32,000 nucleotides of DNA from Hyperthermus butylicus DSM 5456 (lineage in GTDB: Archaea; Thermoproteota; Thermoprotei_A; Sulfolobales; Pyrodictiaceae), in assembly GCF_000015145.1 (NCBI RefSeq), contig NC_008818.1, positions 1,110,001 through 1,142,000 on the forward strand, in the 5' to 3' direction. Of this stretch, positions 27,726 through 32,000 are shown piece by piece. Positions within the stretch are counted from its first letter, which is position 1. Every line of letters starts with the position of its first letter. Position numbers and translations under genes: made by a program. The notes under the pieces were generated by a model. That model was not told where the DNA came from. It was given only the letters and a program-made list of their open reading frames with translations, and ran no database searches.

Positions 27726-28136
27726 TTGAGGGTTTTTGTAAAAGAGTTCACTGTTCGCAGCTCCGAACGTCTCCAGGTCATCGATATTACTGAAAAGGTT
27801 GAGAAGGTTGTTAAGGAGTCGGGCATAAGTAACGGTATTGCACTAGTATTTGTTCCACATGCCACTGCTGCAATTATAGCTAACGAGTTTGAGCCGAGGA
27901 TCGTCGAAGACTACCTTGAGCTAATTAGGCAGGTTTTCAAACCGGACTATCCGTGGAAACATAATACTATCGATAATAATGCCCATGCACATCTTGCCTC
28001 TGCTCTTATTGGTCCTTCGCGCTGCTTCCCGGTTGCCGGAGGTAGGCTTGTGAGGGGTACATGGCAGAGTATTTTACTGCTTGAGCTTGACGGACCTCGG
28101 AGTAGAAGGATTATTGTTGAGGTTATGGGTGAGTAG
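27726..28136 (+). CDS. YjbQ/UPF0047 family protein (secondary thiamine-phosphate synthase family)
   Basis: [31 protein letters not shown]...[49 protein letters not shown]. The ORF opens at 27657; TTG at 27726 is the more family-like start. Confidence 0.9.
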   Translation: MRVFVKEFTVRSSERLQVIDITEKVEKVVKESGISNGIALVFVPHATAAIIANEFEPRIVEDYLELIRQVFKPDYPWKHNTIDNNAHAHLASALIGPSRCFPVAGGRLVRGTWQSILLLELDGPRSRRIIVEVMGE

Positions 28137-29322
28137 CAAGTTGAAGGAGCCTCAGCTGTATATTGCTGATGCGGACTCTATTCGGAGTGGTGCTGTTACA
28201 GATATTTACTTTGTTAGGACTAGGCAGGTACTTGCTGCTAAGGGGCTCTGTGATACATACGTTCGTGCGGAATTACATGCTTATAGTCTGCCAAGAGGAT
28301 ATGAATGGGCAGTTTTTGCAGGGCTAGAGGAGGCTCTCGCAATTCTTAGGGGGAGACGCGTCAACGTCTATGCAATGCCCGAGGGAACACTCTTTAAACC
28401 TATGGAACCTCTCATGGTTATTGAGGGGCCTTACTGTGAGTTTGCTGAGCTTGAAACAGCTATCCTCGGTGTTTTAAGGCACGAAACGAGTATCGCCACT
28501 AAGGCTGCAAGAATACGACTTGCAGCCGGCGATAGGACGGTATTGTTCTTCGGCCTTAGAGCGCTCCATCCCGCAATAGCACCAATGGCTGATAGAGCCG
28601 CGTATATAGGTGGCTGTGACGGTGTTTCGGGCATTATGTCCGAGCGGTTCCTTGGAGTAAAGCCTACAGGCACTATGCCTCATGCATTGATAATAGTGTT
28701 CGGTGACCAGGTTAAAGCATGGAAAGCCTTTGACGAAGTTGTTGATGAAACTGTGCCGCGGATAGCGCTTACAGATACTTTCTACGATGAACGCGTAGAG
28801 GCGTTAATGGCTGCTAAGGCTCTAGGCTCCAGACTGTATGGGGTTAGGCTTGATACGCCAAGTAGTAGAAGGGGCAATATGAGAAAGATAGTTCAAGAGG
28901 TTAGATGGACACTAGACATTAACGGATTTAGGCATGTCAAGATATTTGTTAGCGGCGGCCTAGACGAGGATGAGGTGAGAGAGCTAAGGGATATCGTTGA
29001 TGGGTTTGGTGTCGGAACCTCAATAGCGTTTCCACCGAGCATAGACATAAGTATGGATATTGTTGAGGTACGGCGTGGAGATAAATGGGAACCCATAGCT
29101 AAGCGTGGCAAGCTGCCAGGATTTAAGCAAGTGTATAGGTGTAGACTACTCGAAGACTACATTGTACCATGGGATGCCAAGCCACCAAGCTGTCCTGACG
29201 GCAGTAAGCCTAAACCTCTGCTAGAAAAGGTTATGGAGAACGGAGAAATCATCAAGGAGCTTCCAACAGTCCATGATATAAGGTCATACGTGCTTGAGCA
29301 GCTTAGAGCTTTTAGCCAGTAG
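28129..29322 (+). CDS. pncB: Nicotinate phosphoribosyltransferase (archaeal type)
   Basis: [61 protein letters not shown], and [34 protein letters not shown] start at 28129 overlaps the YjbQ stop. Confidence 0.92.
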   Translation: MSSKLKEPQLYIADADSIRSGAVTDIYFVRTRQVLAAKGLCDTYVRAELHAYSLPRGYEWAVFAGLEEALAILRGRRVNVYAMPEGTLFKPMEPLMVIEGPYCEFAELETAILGVLRHETSIATKAARIRLAAGDRTVLFFGLRALHPAIAPMADRAAYIGGCDGVSGIMSERFLGVKPTGTMPHALIIVFGDQVKAWKAFDEVVDETVPRIALTDTFYDERVEALMAAKALGSRLYGVRLDTPSSRRGNMRKIVQEVRWTLDINGFRHVKIFVSGGLDEDEVRELRDIVDGFGVGTSIAFPPSIDISMDIVEVRRGDKWEPIAKRGKLPGFKQVYRCRLLEDYIVPWDAKPPSCPDGSKPKPLLEKVMENGEIIKELPTVHDIRSYVLEQLRAFSQ

Positions 29323-31491
29323 ACTTGCCGAGCGCACCGCTAGGCGAAGTATAGCCTCCACTATCTCTGCTGCACTGTAGGTTTTTCTTCCACGCGAAGT
29401 ATATGTCACAACATTACAGTACGTTAGGTCCTCAATATTTATGGTGAAGTGCCTACTACCTCCTGCCTTGAGGCCACATGAATATAGGCAATAGTCTATA
29501 CATTCAATTATTATTTTGTCGTCCCTAACACTTACATTGATGGCCGGGTTAGCTGGTATTTTGAACCTATAAGTCTCAACGCCCCCTGCATGCTCCAAAC
29601 TAAGAGCTATATTGCCTGACGGAAGTCTTATCGCGAGCTGCCCCTTAACAATAAATGTCTCATCGTTAATTCTCGCAACGATATATCCGTCGTCGACGGC
29701 AACAGCCTTGAGAAGCTCAGCAGAATTATCCGTGTAGACCTCAACGCGTGCTAGCTTAGCGTAGTGTGGCTCAGTAAATTTCTGCTCCACTAATATTGGT
29801 ACAGGTATATCCCAAGCCTTAAGCAACAGCGGAATTGCACATATACTAGCCCCTCCCGCTAAACTGGAATTGCGGTTCCAGCGGATCGTTAGCGATAACT
29901 CATACCCGTTATCATCCCTTGTCAACCTATGCTCGCGCAACAATATAGCACAGCTTGGCGGGAGAACGTCTACCCTAACAGAGCTACTAAACCCAGAAAG
30001 CCTATAGCTTACTTTAGCCTCACATACCCCTACATCTATAGGCCTTACCCTTACCACTCTAGGCTTAACCTCAAGCTTTACATGTTTTAGTATATTAAGC
30101 CTAGCTTCAACGTCACCGATAACGAGTGTAGAGCTGGATTGGAGATTATGGTTAGCCGGAAAATACGTTCTTAGCGTTGTACCGGAAGCCTCATACCGTA
30201 TAGGCTTAACGCATAAACTGTTACTACAAAGCAAAGGTAATGGCCCAACACCGCTATCACCACGTATCAAGGGATAATCTTCAATAACAACTTCAACAAG
30301 CCCACTAACGCAACGCCCATCACTGAGGAAAAAGCAGCCGCCCTCAATTCTAAGATAGCGGGCGGTTTTAATGCGTGGGCCAGACATACAGCAGTCTATG
30401 ACTTCTGCTCCATCCTCAACAGAAAGCCTAGTTAATATATCATGCCTAGTGGTAAGGTAGCTAGTGTATCCGTCGAAATCAATGACTATATATGATTCAG
30501 TACCATTTGCAGCCTCGGCTATGACAAGCTTGTCATTATCATCTACATGAATTATATAGGGATGTACAACTAGTGTATTGTTACTACTGAGTAGTCCTAG
30601 AAGTTTCATGGCAAGCCTCTCATTATCCACACCAAACACTTTTATCCCGTCACATACAACTACTCCATGACCTTTAACTGTTAAGAAATACTTTATATCT
30701 CTACATGATGCAGCTGGCTCTACAAGACCACCACTATCGACCATGTATAGCATCCTGCTTGAAACGTCGTAGAGATACACATAGCCCTCACCGCTATATC
30801 CTATCGGTCTTAAGTTATCATTTGATGCAGGCAGTTCCACAACACTACCCACAGGACTAACAATAGTCATATACTCATTATAATATAGCACAACTACGCC
30901 AAGCCCCTCGGAAATCTTCTTGGGTTGCCTCCGGAGCTTAATGTGAGTATACGTTATCAGCGAGTCAAAGAGCATATATGTGTCATTTCCTCGACGGTAA
31001 ACAATTGAGAGAAGCCACGGACTCCTAACACTACCTATAACCTTTGAAAACCTAATATTATCAAAGATGTCACAATTAAACCCACGGTTATAGACGTATA
31101 ACTCGCCACCGAGGATGCGACGTGACATAGCTACTACAACATGTATACCACGTACAATACTACTCTTAGAACCCCCCATGCTTATTCGGCACTTCCCAAC
31201 AGGCGATAAAAACTCGTCAAAGCGTAGCTCTGTCAACCCAGCTGAGCCTATGTAAGCTAAGCTGCCCTCCATTCCAGCCTCGACGGGTAATGGTATAACC
31301 GCTACGCTATCATTACTTTCAAACACCTCCAAGAAGAGAGATGGCCCAATCTTGCTCACAACATACTGCTTTTCCCTAAATGCCCTGGCATAGCTACCAG
31401 CTAGAGGTATAATACTACGTAGCTTAATGTCGGTTCTAAACCTAGCAAACCTGCGCAAAATCACCGAGTGTACCCTAGTCACGCAACACAT
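29284..31491 (-). CDS. Large hypothetical protein (735 aa), propeller-like N-terminal half and beta-rich Cys-containing C-terminal half
   Basis: Long ORF. WD/NHL-like alternation ([27 protein letters not shown]) and multiple Cys in the second half. No recognised family. Confidence 0.78.
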   Translation of the reverse strand: MCCVTRVHSVILRRFARFRTDIKLRSIIPLAGSYARAFREKQYVVSKIGPSLFLEVFESNDSVAVIPLPVEAGMEGSLAYIGSAGLTELRFDEFLSPVGKCRISMGGSKSSIVRGIHVVVAMSRRILGGELYVYNRGFNCDIFDNIRFSKVIGSVRSPWLLSIVYRRGNDTYMLFDSLITYTHIKLRRQPKKISEGLGVVVLYYNEYMTIVSPVGSVVELPASNDNLRPIGYSGEGYVYLYDVSSRMLYMVDSGGLVEPAASCRDIKYFLTVKGHGVVVCDGIKVFGVDNERLAMKLLGLLSSNNTLVVHPYIIHVDDNDKLVIAEAANGTESYIVIDFDGYTSYLTTRHDILTRLSVEDGAEVIDCCMSGPRIKTARYLRIEGGCFFLSDGRCVSGLVEVVIEDYPLIRGDSGVGPLPLLCSNSLCVKPIRYEASGTTLRTYFPANHNLQSSSTLVIGDVEARLNILKHVKLEVKPRVVRVRPIDVGVCEAKVSYRLSGFSSSVRVDVLPPSCAILLREHRLTRDDNGYELSLTIRWNRNSSLAGGASICAIPLLLKAWDIPVPILVEQKFTEPHYAKLARVEVYTDNSAELLKAVAVDDGYIVARINDETFIVKGQLAIRLPSGNIALSLEHAGGVETYRFKIPANPAINVSVRDDKIIIECIDYCLYSCGLKAGGSRHFTINIEDLTYCNVVTYTSRGRKTYSAAEIVEAILRLAVRSASLLAKSSKLLKHV

Positions 31492-31655
31492 AGGAGAGCA
31501 CTAAGTATCTGTGTTGAGCGAAACTATACACATTGAATACAGTAAGCTGGGGGGCAACTAGGTTGCCGTGATGAGGCTAAAGTTGAAGGAAATACAGGTT
31601 GCTTGTTTAAAAAACAAAAACAAGTAATTAGCGTATGGAGCTATTATTGCCTTGG

Positions 31656-32000
31656 TTAGCCCTGCTTTGTGAAGCCAAATGTTAGGTTGAATAGCTCGTT
31701 GAACTCCTTTTGTATCTCTTCGCGCTTCTCCTTGACGGACTTCACTACTGCCTCGAGCGCTGTATAGGCTCTGCTTGGTATCTTGCCGCGGAACCAGCTT
31801 ACATCATTAGCGCCAACACCAAGCTTGTCGTACTTTAGCCCGGTTAGTGGGTCCTCCTTCCTCTCATTAATTATGTGGTCCAGCTCGAGTACTAGCGTGC
31901 CGCGAGCGAGCATGTAGTCGCCGTACGGGTCGACTAGCTTTAGTACCTGCTTCTTTATCTTGCTTAGGATCCTAATGCCTAAGATTTTGTCTGGCGATGG
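31656..32000 (-). CDS. C-terminal portion of a hypothetical protein, open to the window edge
   Basis: The frame of the 85-aa ORF is open upstream to 32000: ...DKILGIRILSKIKKQVLKLVDPYGDYMLARGTLVLELDHIINERKEDPLTGLKYDKLGVGANDVSWFRGKIPSRAYTALEAVVKSVKEKREEIQKEFNELFNLTFGFTKQG. Confidence 0.65.
   Translation of the reverse strand, partial: PSPDKILGIRILSKIKKQVLKLVDPYGDYMLARGTLVLELDHIINERKEDPLTGLKYDKLGVGANDVSWFRGKIPSRAYTALEAVVKSVKEKREEIQKEFNELFNLTFGFTKQG

Noticed and set aside
1-32000. CRISPR array, IS element, prophage or defence island
   Set aside because: No regularly spaced direct repeats and no transposase, integrase, Cas or known defence proteins in the ORFs. Gene content is mostly conserved housekeeping.

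Overview
This window looks like chromosomal DNA from a hyperthermophilic crenarchaeon, probably Desulfurococcales/Pyrodictiaceae-like. That placement is inferred from family content, GTG/TTG starts, CCA-encoding tRNAs and an intron-containing tRNA. Most of it is housekeeping content. In order: a type IV pilus/secretion-type ATPase plus a membrane platform protein, divergent from a 1114-aa secreted, C-terminally anchored protein; NucS/EndoMS; primase large subunit PriL; a winged-helix protein; ribosomal protein S25e; an Rqc2/NEMF homolog; a DUF431/SPOUT-like methyltransferase; a UPF0282 MBL protein; methionyl-tRNA synthetase; a PfkB kinase overlapping a Cys-cluster protein; glycine decarboxylase subunits, with gcvPA split by an apparent 1-nt frameshift; tRNA-Thr(CGT) with a 31-nt canonical intron; a DUF106/EMC3-like protein; TYW1/Taw1; Ogt; initiator tRNA-Met; an MBL-fold protein; GatC; a BtpA-family protein; a thioredoxin-like protein; YjbQ; nicotinate phosphoribosyltransferase; and a 735-aa orphan. 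There is no CRISPR array, transposon, prophage or recognisable defence island. The leads most worth checking are three intergenic regions with nested inverted repeats that may encode structured RNAs (about 20.99-21.12, 21.35-21.68 and 23.73-23.94 kb), the gcvPA frameshift, and the divergent secretion module with its orphan surface protein.
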